A stretch of 64,000 nt of DNA from an uncultured Spartobacteria bacterium (GTDB taxonomy: Bacteria > Verrucomicrobiota > Verrucomicrobiia > Chthoniobacterales > JAATET01). The position numbers and the translations under genes were made by a program. The notes beneath the pieces are model-generated. The model saw nothing but the letters and a program-made list of their open reading frames with translations, was not told the DNA's origin and ran no database searches. The stretch spans positions 126,901 to 190,900 of the forward strand of contig CALLUD010000011.1 of the NCBI GenBank assembly GCA_938011325.1, written 5' to 3'. Shown here piece by piece: positions 37,406 to 46,308 of this stretch. Position 1 is the stretch's first letter; each line of letters begins with the position of its first letter.

Positions 37406-37423
37406 GGGATGATGGGCCCTCGA

Positions 37424-38431
37424 TTACTGCTGATCGGACGGCAGGTCGATGAGGCCGGGTTCGAATTTCATGCCAAGGCCAAGACCGAGCTGCACGAGCT
37501 TGTCCTTGATCTCGTTGAGCGACTTCTTGCCGAAGTTGCGATACTTGAGCATCTCCGCCTCGGTCTTCATCGCCAGCTGGCCAACCGTGGTGATGTTCGC
37601 GTTGTTGAGGCAGTTCGCCGCGCGAACGGAAAGCTCGATCTCGTTTACGCTCATGTTGAGCAGCTTCTTGAGACGGCTGTTCTCCTGGCTGACTTCCTGC
37701 GGCGTTTCGTCAAACTCGACCTGCGAATCGTCGTAGTTGACGAACACGTCGAGATGCTTGCGGAGGATCGCCGAGGCCTGGAGCAGGGCGTCGTCGGGAG
37801 TGAGGCGACCATCGGTCCAGATGTCCAGCACGAGCTTGTCGTAGTCGGTGCGCTGGCCGACGCGGGTCTGCTCGACCGCATACTTCACGCGGGTGACCGG
37901 CGAGAAGATCGAGTCGATCGCGATCACGCCAATCGGCATGTCGGGGCGCTTGTTCTCGTCGCCCGTGGCAAAGCCGCGGCCCACGCGGACCTCAAACTCG
38001 GCCTCGAACTTCTGCTTCTTGTCGAGCGTGCAGATGTGCTGGTCGGGATTGAGCACCTCGACCTGGTTGCTCTCGCTGATGTCGCCGGCCGTGACGGCGC
38101 CGGACTTGTTGACCGAAAGCACGAGATTGCGGATGTCGCCGTTCTCGTGCGCCTTCAGCTTCACCTTCTTGAGGTTGAGAATGATGTCGACCACGTCCTC
38201 GACCACGCCGGGAAGGCTGGTGAACTCGTGGGGTGCACCCTCGATTTTGACGGCGGTGATGGCTGCGCCTTCCAGCGAGGAAAGGAGCACGCGGCGCAGG
38301 GAGTTGCCGAGGGTGTGGCCGTAACCCGCCTCGAACGGCTCCGCGACAAACTTCGCGTAGGTATCCGTGGCGGTGGATTCGTCCTTGACCAAGGACTTCG
38401 GCATTTCAAAACGACCGAGACGAACTGGCAT
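37424..38431 (-). CDS. rpoA: DNA-directed RNA polymerase subunit alpha
   Basis: FVAEPFEAGYGHTLGNSLRRVLLSSLEGAAIT plus the C-terminal domain LSVRAANCLNNANITTVGQL. Confidence 0.95.
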   Translation of the reverse strand: MPVRLGRFEMPKSLVKDESTATDTYAKFVAEPFEAGYGHTLGNSLRRVLLSSLEGAAITAVKIEGAPHEFTSLPGVVEDVVDIILNLKKVKLKAHENGDIRNLVLSVNKSGAVTAGDISESNQVEVLNPDQHICTLDKKQKFEAEFEVRVGRGFATGDENKRPDMPIGVIAIDSIFSPVTRVKYAVEQTRVGQRTDYDKLVLDIWTDGRLTPDDALLQASAILRKHLDVFVNYDDSQVEFDETPQEVSQENSRLKKLLNMSVNEIELSVRAANCLNNANITTVGQLAMKTEAEMLKYRNFGKKSLNEIKDKLVQLGLGLGMKFEPGLIDLPSDQQ

Positions 38432-38671
38432 ATGTATTCTATTTGGCGATTTTCGGATTTCGATTTCGAAGCGCTCGACGCGGCTTGCGCGTCGTCAGAT
38501 TTCAGGAATCGACATTCGAAAATTCACGCACCGGGTTCCCCCTGGCGCGGACGAAGCATTGTCGAAGACAAGCCCCCAGGGACCAACGGCGCTTTCATCT
38601 TTGGGATTTCCGCGCGAGCCCTGACACATGGCACAGGATCGTCAGTCCGTAAAGAAGAATTCCACCCGCGG

Positions 38672-39505
38672 TTAAATTACCTCCACGACGACCGCCGTGG
38701 TGTTGTCGCGACCCGAACGCTGCAGCGACTCGTGGACGAGGGTTTCCGCAAGATTCAGCCCTTCTTCGCGCCGGCCGAGAATCTCCGCAATCTGGGCGTC
38801 GAACAACCCGTCGATCACCCCATCGCTGCATAGAAGAAACCGGTCGCCCGGCTGATAGCCCACCGCACCGACCTGCGGATCGACAAATTGATGGCCGGCG
38901 CCCAGCGCCTTTTGCAACGAATTCTTCGCCGGGTGGGTCCGGGCCTCGCGCTCGTTGATCATCTTGTTCCGATAGAGCCAGCCCACGTGGGTGTCGTCGT
39001 GCGTGAGCTGCTTGATCCCCTCCCCGCTCATCGGGAGGTAGTAAACCCGGCTGTCGCCGATGTGCGCGAAATACATCCAGTTTGGCATGAACCAGCACAG
39101 GCTCAACGTCGCGCCCATGCCACGGCACTCCTCGTAGCTGTCGCCGAGGAACAGCAGCGCCTTGTGAATCTCGCCATACAGCTCCTCCAGCACGTCGGCA
39201 AAGCCCGCCTCCAGGCCGACCGCCGCCTGGCGAAACGAGCGCGGAAGCAGGCGCGTGATTTTTTCCACGGCAATCCGGCTCGCAAATTCCCCCGCCGCCG
39301 CGCCGCCCATTCCGTCGCTGACCGCGAAGAGGTAATCCATCTCCCCGAGCGATGCCTCGCCGATCTTCCCGAGCAGGTTCACCTCCTGCGCGTCGAAGCG
39401 CAGCCCGAGAAACGAGTCCTCGTTGTTTTTGCGCACCGTGCCCGTATGGGAGAGACCAAACCACCGGATGTGGGTGGCCGCGGGTGGATCAATGCGAGGA
39501 TCCAT
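38672..39505 (-). CDS. PP2C-family Ser/Thr protein phosphatase
   Basis: GLSHTGTVRKNNEDSF, FAVSDGMGGAAAGEFAS, HIGDSRVYY, LLCSDGV, DNTTAVVVEV. Start taken at 39505. Confidence 0.9.
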   Translation of the reverse strand: MDPRIDPPAATHIRWFGLSHTGTVRKNNEDSFLGLRFDAQEVNLLGKIGEASLGEMDYLFAVSDGMGGAAAGEFASRIAVEKITRLLPRSFRQAAVGLEAGFADVLEELYGEIHKALLFLGDSYEECRGMGATLSLCWFMPNWMYFAHIGDSRVYYLPMSGEGIKQLTHDDTHVGWLYRNKMINEREARTHPAKNSLQKALGAGHQFVDPQVGAVGYQPGDRFLLCSDGVIDGLFDAQIAEILGRREEGLNLAETLVHESLQRSGRDNTTAVVVEVI

Positions 39506-39887
39506 TTTCAAATCCCGGCAAAATCTCCGCGAACTCGAAATCGACCACGCAAAACCGGCCATCCGTCTGGCGGTAGGTCACGTTCCGGGTCTCCGGGTCA
39601 TCGTGCTTCACTCCATATCGCTGGAGCTCCTCGAAAAGTTCATTCCGGCGTTCGTCGTCCAGATGCTCCACGCGCGACCCGCAGCTGCTGGTGACGATCC
39701 GGAGCTCGTCCGGATAGGTTTCGAGGAGTCTCGGAACGAACGGGCAGTTCTGCCGCTGTAGAAATTCGAGCACCCGCACCTCGTTCTCGTATCGCTCCTG
39801 CGCCTTCGGCCCCCGGAATGTCTTGTGCACCCGGCCGTCATACGTCATTCGCACCGTCGCGCGGAGCGTGTCCTTCAGCTCGTGCAT
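39489..39887 (-). CDS. 132-aa minimal protein-kinase-like (PKL/choline-kinase-like) ORF
   Basis: Candidate beta3 Lys (RVHKTF), alphaC Glu (YENEVRVLEFL), catalytic-loop-like KHDDPETRNV and VVDFEFAE (DFG / IDFEYA-like). Overlaps the PP2C start by 17 nt. Confidence 0.55.
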   Translation of the reverse strand: MHELKDTLRATVRMTYDGRVHKTFRGPKAQERYENEVRVLEFLQRQNCPFVPRLLETYPDELRIVTSSCGSRVEHLDDERRNELFEELQRYGVKHDDPETRNVTYRQTDGRFCVVDFEFAEILPGFENGSSH

Positions 39888-39992
39888 CCCCTATGCTCAT
39901 GGCCCGAACCTGAGGCGCATTCAAGATTTTCCCCGGAAATCGACCGCGAGGGACTGATGGACAAGCATTTGCTGCAGTTACCGCTAGGAATG

Positions 39993-40008
39993 TGGCATTG
40001 ATCCTGCT
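39993..40008 (+). promoter_or_regulatory. Candidate sigma-54 (-24/-12) promoter upstream of glnII
   Basis: tGGcattgatccTGCt has GG and GC separated by exactly 10 nt, close to TGGCAC-N5-TTGCW. It lies about 116 nt upstream of the ATG at 40124. Confidence 0.45.
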
Positions 40009-40123
40009 ACCTAGCCAGATGCCACCCCAACATGCGCGGCAGCGGGGAAAATGGCAAAAAAGCACCCATTTACGGGCGATGCCGTCGCCGCCCGGTCAAA
40101 TTCAGACATCTCAACCCTACATT

Positions 40124-41146
40124 ATGGCGAAGTATAAACTGGAATACATCTGGCTGGACGGATACGAACCCGTCGCCAACCTCCGCAGCAAAACCCAAAT
40201 CAAGGAGTTTGACAGCTTCCCGAAGCTGGAAGACCTCCCGTTGTGGGGTTTCGACGGAAGCTCGACCCGACAGGCTGAAGGCCACAGCTCCGACTGTATC
40301 CTCAAGCCCGTCGCCTGCTTCCCGGACGCCACTCGCAAGAATGGCGTGCTGGTGATGTGCGAAGTTCTGCTCCCCGATGGCAGCCCGCATCCCTCGAACT
40401 CCCGCGCAACCATTCTCGATGACCCCGACGCATGGTTCGGATTCGAGCAGGAATATTTCCTCTACAAGGACGGCCGCCCGCTCGGCTTCCCCGAGGGCGG
40501 TGGATTCCCTTATCCGCAGGGCAAATACTACACCGGCGTCGGCTACGAGGCCGTGGGCGACATCGCCCGCGACATCGTCGAGGAGCACCTCGACCTCTGC
40601 CTCGAGGCAGGCATCAACCACGAAGGCATCAACGCCGAGGTCGCCAAGGGTCAGTGGGAATTCCAGATCTTCGGCAAGGGTTCGCGCACCGCAGCTGACC
40701 AGTTGTGGGTTGCCCGCTACATCCTCATGCGCCTCTGCGAGCGCTACGGTGTCGACGTGAACTGGCACTGCAAGCCGCTCGGCTCGGAGGTCGACTGGAA
40801 CGGCTCCGGCATGCACACGAACTTCTCGACGAAGTATATGCGTGAAGTCGGTGGCAAGGAATACTTCGAGGCTCTCATGGCAGCGTTCGACAAATACAAG
40901 AACGAGCACATCGCCGTGTATGGCCCGGACAACCACATGCGCCTCACCGGCCTCCACGAGACGCAGTCCATCGACAAGTTCAACTACGGCCTGGCGAATC
41001 GCGGCGCTTCGATCCGCGTTCCGCACAGCTTCGTGAACAACGGCTACAAGGGCTATCTCGAGGATCGCCGCCCGAACTCGCAGGGCGACCCCTACAAGAT
41101 CGCCAGCCGTATTCTGCAGACGATCTCGGAAGTGCCCACGCCGTAA
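40124..41146 (+). CDS. glnII: Type II (eukaryote-like) glutamine synthetase
   Basis: MAKYKLEYIWLDG...LWGFDGSSTRQAEG...FGFEQEYFL...NAEVAKGQWEFQI...GSGMHTNFS...NRGASIRVP are the GSII signature blocks, in a protein of about 340 aa. Confidence 0.9.
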   Translation: MAKYKLEYIWLDGYEPVANLRSKTQIKEFDSFPKLEDLPLWGFDGSSTRQAEGHSSDCILKPVACFPDATRKNGVLVMCEVLLPDGSPHPSNSRATILDDPDAWFGFEQEYFLYKDGRPLGFPEGGGFPYPQGKYYTGVGYEAVGDIARDIVEEHLDLCLEAGINHEGINAEVAKGQWEFQIFGKGSRTAADQLWVARYILMRLCERYGVDVNWHCKPLGSEVDWNGSGMHTNFSTKYMREVGGKEYFEALMAAFDKYKNEHIAVYGPDNHMRLTGLHETQSIDKFNYGLANRGASIRVPHSFVNNGYKGYLEDRRPNSQGDPYKIASRILQTISEVPTP

Positions 41147-41195
41147 CCACGGCCGGGCCCACAATTATCGGAATAAGGGAGAGATTCCGAAAGCA

Positions 41196-41230
41196 ACGCC
41201 GCTTCGCTCACGCGAAGCGGCGTCTTTTTT
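41196..41230 (+). terminator. Intrinsic terminator after glnII
   Basis: Perfect 12-bp stem acgccgcttcgc / gcgaagcggcgt with a 4-nt loop, followed by ctttttt. Confidence 0.8.
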
Positions 41231-41272
41231 CCGAAGGCGGATGCCTCCAGCCAAAATGCCGTTGCTCTTCAC

Positions 41273-41295
41273 AAATATGGCCGTAAATATGGCCG
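41273..41295 (+). promoter_or_regulatory. Tandem direct repeat (candidate VapB operator) abutting the vapB start
   Basis: aaatatggccg t aaatatggccg, then c and the ATG (12-nt period). Confidence 0.4.
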
Positions 41296-41296
41296 C

Positions 41297-41527
41297 ATGA
41301 AGACTACGATCGAAATTGATGAGGAGAAACTGGCCCGCATCATGAGGTTGACGGGGCTTCGCACCCGAAAAGAGGCGGTGGATTGGGCGCTCACCGAGGC
41401 GGAAAGAATCGCCAGCATCAACCGGATCGCCGAAGAGCCTTGGGACCCGGCGTTTCTAAAGGACGCAGTCGATCCTTCGTATGACATCCTCGAAATGAGG
41501 CGGCAGTCCGTGACCTACGGCAAATGA
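41297..41527 (+). CDS. vapB: Type II antitoxin, VapB-like (DUF2191-type)
   Basis: MKTTIEIDEEKLARIMRLTGLRTRKEAVDWALTE. 76 aa, with a 4-nt overlap into the PIN gene. Confidence 0.8.
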   Translation: MKTTIEIDEEKLARIMRLTGLRTRKEAVDWALTEAERIASINRIAEEPWDPAFLKDAVDPSYDILEMRRQSVTYGK

Positions 41528-41916
41528 ACCTCCTGGTCGATTCTGCGGCATTCATCGATCTGCTGCGGGCAGGAATCGATTTCCGTCAGCGTCTGCTACC
41601 CTATTTGCGCGCCGGCAGCCTCTACAGTTGCGGGATCGTGCGGGCGGAAGTGCTCCGCGGCATCAAGTCCCCATCCGCCCGCGATGCCATCGAGGCATTT
41701 TTCGACATCATTCCAGAGGTCCCTGCGGATGCACGCCTCTGGCGCTTCGTCTCGCATCTTGGCTGGGAATTGGGGCGACAGGGAAAATGGCCTCCCATCA
41801 CGGATCTCGTCATCGGGGCAAGCGCCCTTCGCACAAATGCCCGGCTCGTCTCCCCAGACGCCCATTTTCGGAACATTCCGAATCTAACCGTGATTTCAGA
41901 AATTCCGGATTACTGA
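41524..41916 (+). CDS. vapC: PIN-domain toxin VapC
   Basis: MNLLVDSAAFIDLLR (first acidic residue), ...PITDLVIGASAL...SPDAHF. 130 aa. Confidence 0.85.
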   Translation: MNLLVDSAAFIDLLRAGIDFRQRLLPYLRAGSLYSCGIVRAEVLRGIKSPSARDAIEAFFDIIPEVPADARLWRFVSHLGWELGRQGKWPPITDLVIGASALRTNARLVSPDAHFRNIPNLTVISEIPDY

Positions 41917-42935
41917 TCCAGGTTCTCCGTCAGCTTCGGCAGCGCCTGCACCGGACTCGCTCCCAGCGGGCGCACGTAGTCGAAGATTCCTGGCGCCACC
42001 TCGACTCCATTTCCATAGCCCTGGAAGATCATTTCGAGGCGGGCGTCGAGGTTGTCGACATAATGCAGCGCGATGGCCTCGGGGGTCTTCGGGACAATCG
42101 GCGAACCGAACTCGAGCGCTCCGTGATGCGACAACACGAGGTGAATGAGATGGAGTCGCACGTCATCCGACGGAGGCGTCAGGTCCACCCAGCCTTCGCG
42201 GTCCAGCTCGCGCCAGAGCGTGTTGATGACCTCCACCCCGATGTTGATGTGTCCCATGAGTTCGCCGCGCACGTCCGGCTTGATCGCAAACCCCTCCTCC
42301 GGCGGGCACGTTTCCCACAGCTTCCCGCAGTCGTGAAACAGCACGCCCGTGATCAGCAGGTCGCGATTGAGCCTTGGATAAACCTCACAGATCGCCGCCG
42401 CCGCGCGCATCATCTGCGCCGTGTGCTGGAGCAATCCGCCACGCCTCGCGTGATGATTGACCCGGGCGGCCGCGGCACGGCGAAACCGCGATCCGCAGGT
42501 TTCCAGAAATTTGACCGACAACGATCGCAGTCGCGGATCGCGGAGCCCCTCCACCGTCCGTTCGATGTAGGCAAAGTCCTCGTCCAGCGCCGCCCGCTGC
42601 GCTTCGGTGCCCCCGTAGAGCGCCTCCTTTTCGTCGGGATACAGACGCCGCAACTCCCAGCGCCGGGCATCCAGGCCAAAACTGCCGTTGAGATAAAACT
42701 CCCCTTCAATCGCGACGCTGTCCGCCTCCCCGAGCGTCTCGCAGACCCGGACATTCGGCGAGTCGGACCATACGCGCAGCGTCAGCGCGTCGCTCGCATC
42801 CCGCAGTCGCAACTCCCAGAACGGCTTGCCATTCGAGCCTTCCTTTTTCAGGCACTGCTCAACCTGGGCATGGAGCTCGGCGACGATCGCCTGCTCCTTC
42901 ACCGCCCGCCGAATCTCCGCGATCGTGGATGCCAT
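41910..42935 (-). CDS. OB-fold + HD-domain phosphohydrolase (YhaM-like 3'-5' exoribonuclease family)
   Basis: N-terminal OB region (WELRLRDASDALTLRVW) and an HD domain (LLQHTAQMMR...GVLFHDCGKLWE...VLSHHG). Confidence 0.75.
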   Translation of the reverse strand: MASTIAEIRRAVKEQAIVAELHAQVEQCLKKEGSNGKPFWELRLRDASDALTLRVWSDSPNVRVCETLGEADSVAIEGEFYLNGSFGLDARRWELRRLYPDEKEALYGGTEAQRAALDEDFAYIERTVEGLRDPRLRSLSVKFLETCGSRFRRAAAARVNHHARRGGLLQHTAQMMRAAAAICEVYPRLNRDLLITGVLFHDCGKLWETCPPEEGFAIKPDVRGELMGHINIGVEVINTLWRELDREGWVDLTPPSDDVRLHLIHLVLSHHGALEFGSPIVPKTPEAIALHYVDNLDARLEMIFQGYGNGVEVAPGIFDYVRPLGASPVQALPKLTENLDQ

Positions 42936-42982
42936 GCTCCCGTTTTCCGCAGATTCGGCGCGGTCTCAAGCCTCAACTGCGC

Positions 42983-44074
42983 TCAGTTGAGCAACTGATA
43001 CCAGTTGTTGCGGCGATGCGGTTCGTAGCCGGCCTCGCGCACCAGCCGTTCGATCTCCTCGGAGTTGAGACGGAACGACGTGCCCGCGCTGCTGACCACG
43101 TTCTCCTCCATCATCACGCTGCCAAAGTCGTTCGCGCCGTAGCTGAGCGCGATCTGCCCGATGCGCGGTCCCTGCGTGACCCACGAGCTTTGGACGTTCT
43201 CGAAATTATCGAGGAAAACCCGGGCCAGCGCCTGCATGCGCAGATACTCCGCCGATCCGACCGGCTCCGCGCGAAGCCGCGTGTTTTCAGGCTGGAACGT
43301 CCAGCAAATGAATGCCGTAAACCCGCCGGTCTCGTCCTGCACGTCGCGCAGCCGCTGCAGGTGCTCGAGGCGGTCTTCCAGCGTCTCAACATGGCCGAAC
43401 ATCATCGTCGCGCTGGAATTCATCCCCATTCCGTGCGCGATGCGCATCACTTCCAGCCAGTGATCGGAATCGCACTTCAGCGGTGCGATGCGATTCCGCA
43501 CCCGATCGACGAGGATTTCTCCACCGCCCCCGGGGATCGACCCGAGACCCGCCTCGCGAAACTTCGCAATCACCTCCGCGACCGGCATTCCAAACACCTC
43601 CGCGAAGTGATTGAACTCGGGCGGGCTGAAACCGTGGATGTTGATGTGCGGATACTTCTCGCGAATGTGCGAGAGCATATCGAGGTAGAAGTCGATCTTC
43701 AGGCCCGGGTGATGCCCGCCCTGCAAAAGCACCTGCACCCCGCCGGCCTCGGTCAATTCATCGAGCTTCTGATCCAGCTCCTCGTGCGTGAGCACGTAAT
43801 GGTCGGCATCCTTCTCCGTGCGGTAGAACGCGCAAAATTTGCAGTAAACGTTGCAGACGTTCGTGTAGTTGATGTTGCGGTCGATGATGTAGGTGACGAT
43901 CTCATTGCCGCGCCCATCGTAGGCGTCCGCCTTCGCCATCTTGCGGCGCGCGTCAGCGAGGGCGCCAAGTTCGTTCAACGGCAGATGATAGAGCGCACGG
44001 GCCTCGTCACGGCTGATGCGTTCTCCATCCAGGACTTTGTCGACGAGCGACTGCGGCTGGGCGAGTGAAACCAT
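42983..44074 (-). CDS. mqnC: Radical SAM menaquinone (futalosine pathway) enzyme, MqnC-like cyclic dehypoxanthinyl futalosine synthase
   Basis: TYIIDRNINYTNVCNVYCKFCAFY (CxxxCxxC), LLQGGHHPGL, GSIPGGGGEIL, TMMFGHVET. Confidence 0.75.
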   Translation of the reverse strand: MVSLAQPQSLVDKVLDGERISRDEARALYHLPLNELGALADARRKMAKADAYDGRGNEIVTYIIDRNINYTNVCNVYCKFCAFYRTEKDADHYVLTHEELDQKLDELTEAGGVQVLLQGGHHPGLKIDFYLDMLSHIREKYPHINIHGFSPPEFNHFAEVFGMPVAEVIAKFREAGLGSIPGGGGEILVDRVRNRIAPLKCDSDHWLEVMRIAHGMGMNSSATMMFGHVETLEDRLEHLQRLRDVQDETGGFTAFICWTFQPENTRLRAEPVGSAEYLRMQALARVFLDNFENVQSSWVTQGPRIGQIALSYGANDFGSVMMEENVVSSAGTSFRLNSEEIERLVREAGYEPHRRNNWYQLLN

Positions 44075-44117
44075 GATTTTCGAAAGTTAAGCGGCGCGGC
44101 GGTTCAGTGCAATCACG

Positions 44118-45218
44118 CTACCCCACGGTGCGGCGGTGAATCCATACGCTCTGCAGCAGCCCGAAGCTGATCATGATGACCATCAAAAACGAGCCGCCGT
44201 AGCTCACCAGCGGCAGCGGCACACCCGTGATCGGCGTCACTTGAATCGTCATGCCGATGTTCATGAAGACATGCGCGAAAAGCAGCATCGTCACACCGGT
44301 CGCGATGAGGCGCCCGAGGTCATCCCCCGCCAGCAGGATGACGTAAATGGCGGTCAGCAGCAGCAGCGCGAAGGTTCCCACGAGAATCGCCCCGCCCAGG
44401 AATCCGTGCTGCTCGCCAATCACCGCGAAGATGAAGTCGTTGTGCACGATCGTGCTGGGCAGGAAGCCCAGCTCGTTGAGGGTATTCGGCGCCTTGAAGC
44501 CTTTGCCCGAAAAACCGCCGGAGCCGATCGCGATCAGCGATTGATTGATCGTCCATCCCGCCCCCTGAGGGTCGCGGCTGGGATCGAGGAACACCAGCAG
44601 GCGCTCCTTCTGGTAGGGCTTGAGCACGAAATTTACCGCCAGCGGCACCGCAGCGAGCCCGAGCAGAAGCAGCGCGGACAGATATCGAAACGGGATGCCT
44701 CCAATGAAGAACATGCCCAGCACGATGGGGATCCAGATCAGCGCAGACCCGAGGTCGGGCTGGATCAGAATAAGAATCCACGGCGCGCCCACGAGCGCTC
44801 CGCACGCCACGATTTTGAAAAACGGATGCAGGTTCTTGAACTGGCTGAGGAACAACGCCAGCACCATCACCCCGGCCAGCACGGCGAGCTGCGACGGCTG
44901 GAAATTCATGAATCCGAGATTCAGCCAGCTTCGGGCACCGTAAACCTTCGTGCCAATGAACATTGTGGCGACCAGCGCCGCGAGACTCACCAGATACACC
45001 GGCAGCGCGCCCCAGCGAATCCACCGATAGTCGATCAGCGAAACCACCACGAACAGCGGAAGACAGACAAAAATCCACTTGAGCTGGTCCCTCCAGAATG
45101 AGTCATCCCGCATCCATGTGGCGCTGTAGATGGCGTAGATCCCGAAGATCATCAGCCCCAGCATCAGGACGAGCAGGATCCAGTTGAACCCTAGAAGTTT
45201 TCGAAGGAGCGGATGCAT
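44118..45218 (-). CDS. rodA: SEDS-family peptidoglycan polymerase RodA
   Basis: Ten TM segments. FQPSQLA, GSGGFSGKGF, FIFAVIGEQHGFLG, PLPLVSYGGS. Confidence 0.9.
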   Translation of the reverse strand: MHPLLRKLLGFNWILLVLMLGLMIFGIYAIYSATWMRDDSFWRDQLKWIFVCLPLFVVVSLIDYRWIRWGALPVYLVSLAALVATMFIGTKVYGARSWLNLGFMNFQPSQLAVLAGVMVLALFLSQFKNLHPFFKIVACGALVGAPWILILIQPDLGSALIWIPIVLGMFFIGGIPFRYLSALLLLGLAAVPLAVNFVLKPYQKERLLVFLDPSRDPQGAGWTINQSLIAIGSGGFSGKGFKAPNTLNELGFLPSTIVHNDFIFAVIGEQHGFLGGAILVGTFALLLLTAIYVILLAGDDLGRLIATGVTMLLFAHVFMNIGMTIQVTPITGVPLPLVSYGGSFLMVIMISFGLLQSVWIHRRTVG

Positions 45219-45269
45219 GCGGTCAGCCGCGTAGCATGGTGCCAGTCGCCACGGCGCGCAAGGTCGACA

Positions 45270-46055
45270 TTAAAGCGAGGGGACGGCCGCCAGAAGCTTC
45301 CGCGTGTATTCGTCCTGCGGATCACTGTAAATCGCCTCCGCGCTCGCGCTCTCCACGACCTTGCCGTGGTGCATCACCAGCACGTGATCGCTGATGTGCT
45401 CCACCACCGCCAGATCGTGGGCAATGAAAAGATAGGCAATCCCCAGTTGCGCCTGCAGGTCCTGCAGCAGATTCACAATCTGCGCCTGCACGCTCACGTC
45501 GAGCGCGCTCACCGGTTCGTCGCAAATGATGAACTTCGGCTCCACTGCGAGCGCCCGTGCAATGCCGATGCGCTGCCTCTGCCCGCCGCTGAACTCGTGC
45601 GGATAGCGGCTCATCATTTCCGGCTTCAAACCGACCTGCTTCAACAACTGGGCGACGCGCTCCCGGCGGTCGCTTGCCGACATCGACTTGAAATGAATCT
45701 CGAGTGCCTCGCCGACGATGCTGCCGATCGTCATGCGCGGATTCAGCGAACCAAACGGGTCCTGAAAAATCATCTGCATCTCACGGCGCAGCGGACGAAA
45801 CTGCCGCTCGGTCATCCCAAGGATTTCGCGTCCATTGAACTTCACCGACCCGCCGGTCGCCGGCACGAGTTTGAGGATCGCACGCCCCACCGTCGTCTTG
45901 CCGCTGCCGCTCTCGCCCACGAGCCCCACGGTCTGCCCTGCTTCGACGGTAAAGCTCACACCATCGACCGCCTTCACCTCCCCGATCTGACGGCGAAGCA
46001 CGCCTCCCAGGACGGGAAACCAGACCTTGAGATCCTGGACCTCGAGCAGCGCCAC
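45270..46055 (-). CDS. ABC transporter ATP-binding protein, OppF/DppF-like
   Basis: Walker [10 protein letters not shown], signature [15 protein letters not shown] and Walker [16 protein letters not shown] start. No permease or binding-protein gene is adjacent. Confidence 0.9.
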   Translation of the reverse strand: MALLEVQDLKVWFPVLGGVLRRQIGEVKAVDGVSFTVEAGQTVGLVGESGSGKTTVGRAILKLVPATGGSVKFNGREILGMTERQFRPLRREMQMIFQDPFGSLNPRMTIGSIVGEALEIHFKSMSASDRRERVAQLLKQVGLKPEMMSRYPHEFSGGQRQRIGIARALAVEPKFIICDEPVSALDVSVQAQIVNLLQDLQAQLGIAYLFIAHDLAVVEHISDHVLVMHHGKVVESASAEAIYSDPQDEYTRKLLAAVPSL

Positions 46056-46267
46056 TACGACTTCGCCCCTTCAGACGTCGTGTCGATTCCGAGCGCCTCG
46101 TAGCACTTGCAGTTGCCGGTGAAGCCTCGATAGATCAGCAGCCCGCCCAGACCCGTTTTGAACGCCCGCCGGGACAACAGGCCTTTCAGAAATAGAAGCG
46201 CACCAACAACAAGGCAGACCGCGCGTTCAACGTCGCCGACATTGGTCTTGAGCGAACTGGATGCCAT
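46055..46267 (-). CDS. DUF2892 (YgaP-like) small membrane protein
   Basis: [23 protein letters not shown]...[20 protein letters not shown]. Start taken at the ATG at 46267. Confidence 0.7.
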   Translation of the reverse strand: MASSSLKTNVGDVERAVCLVVGALLFLKGLLSRRAFKTGLGGLLIYRGFTGNCKCYEALGIDTTSEGAKS

Positions 46268-46308
46268 GCGGAAATAGTGCGCCAGAAAACCGCCCGGGAC
46301 AACTCGAA

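Noticed and set aside
36845-38833. 662-aa plus-strand ORF
   Set aside because: It is antisense to rplQ and rpoA, both unmistakable. This is a GC-bias artefact.
41628-42998. 456-aa plus-strand ORF
   Set aside because: It is antisense to the OB/HD-domain gene and overlaps vapC in another frame. Its composition is Arg-rich junk.
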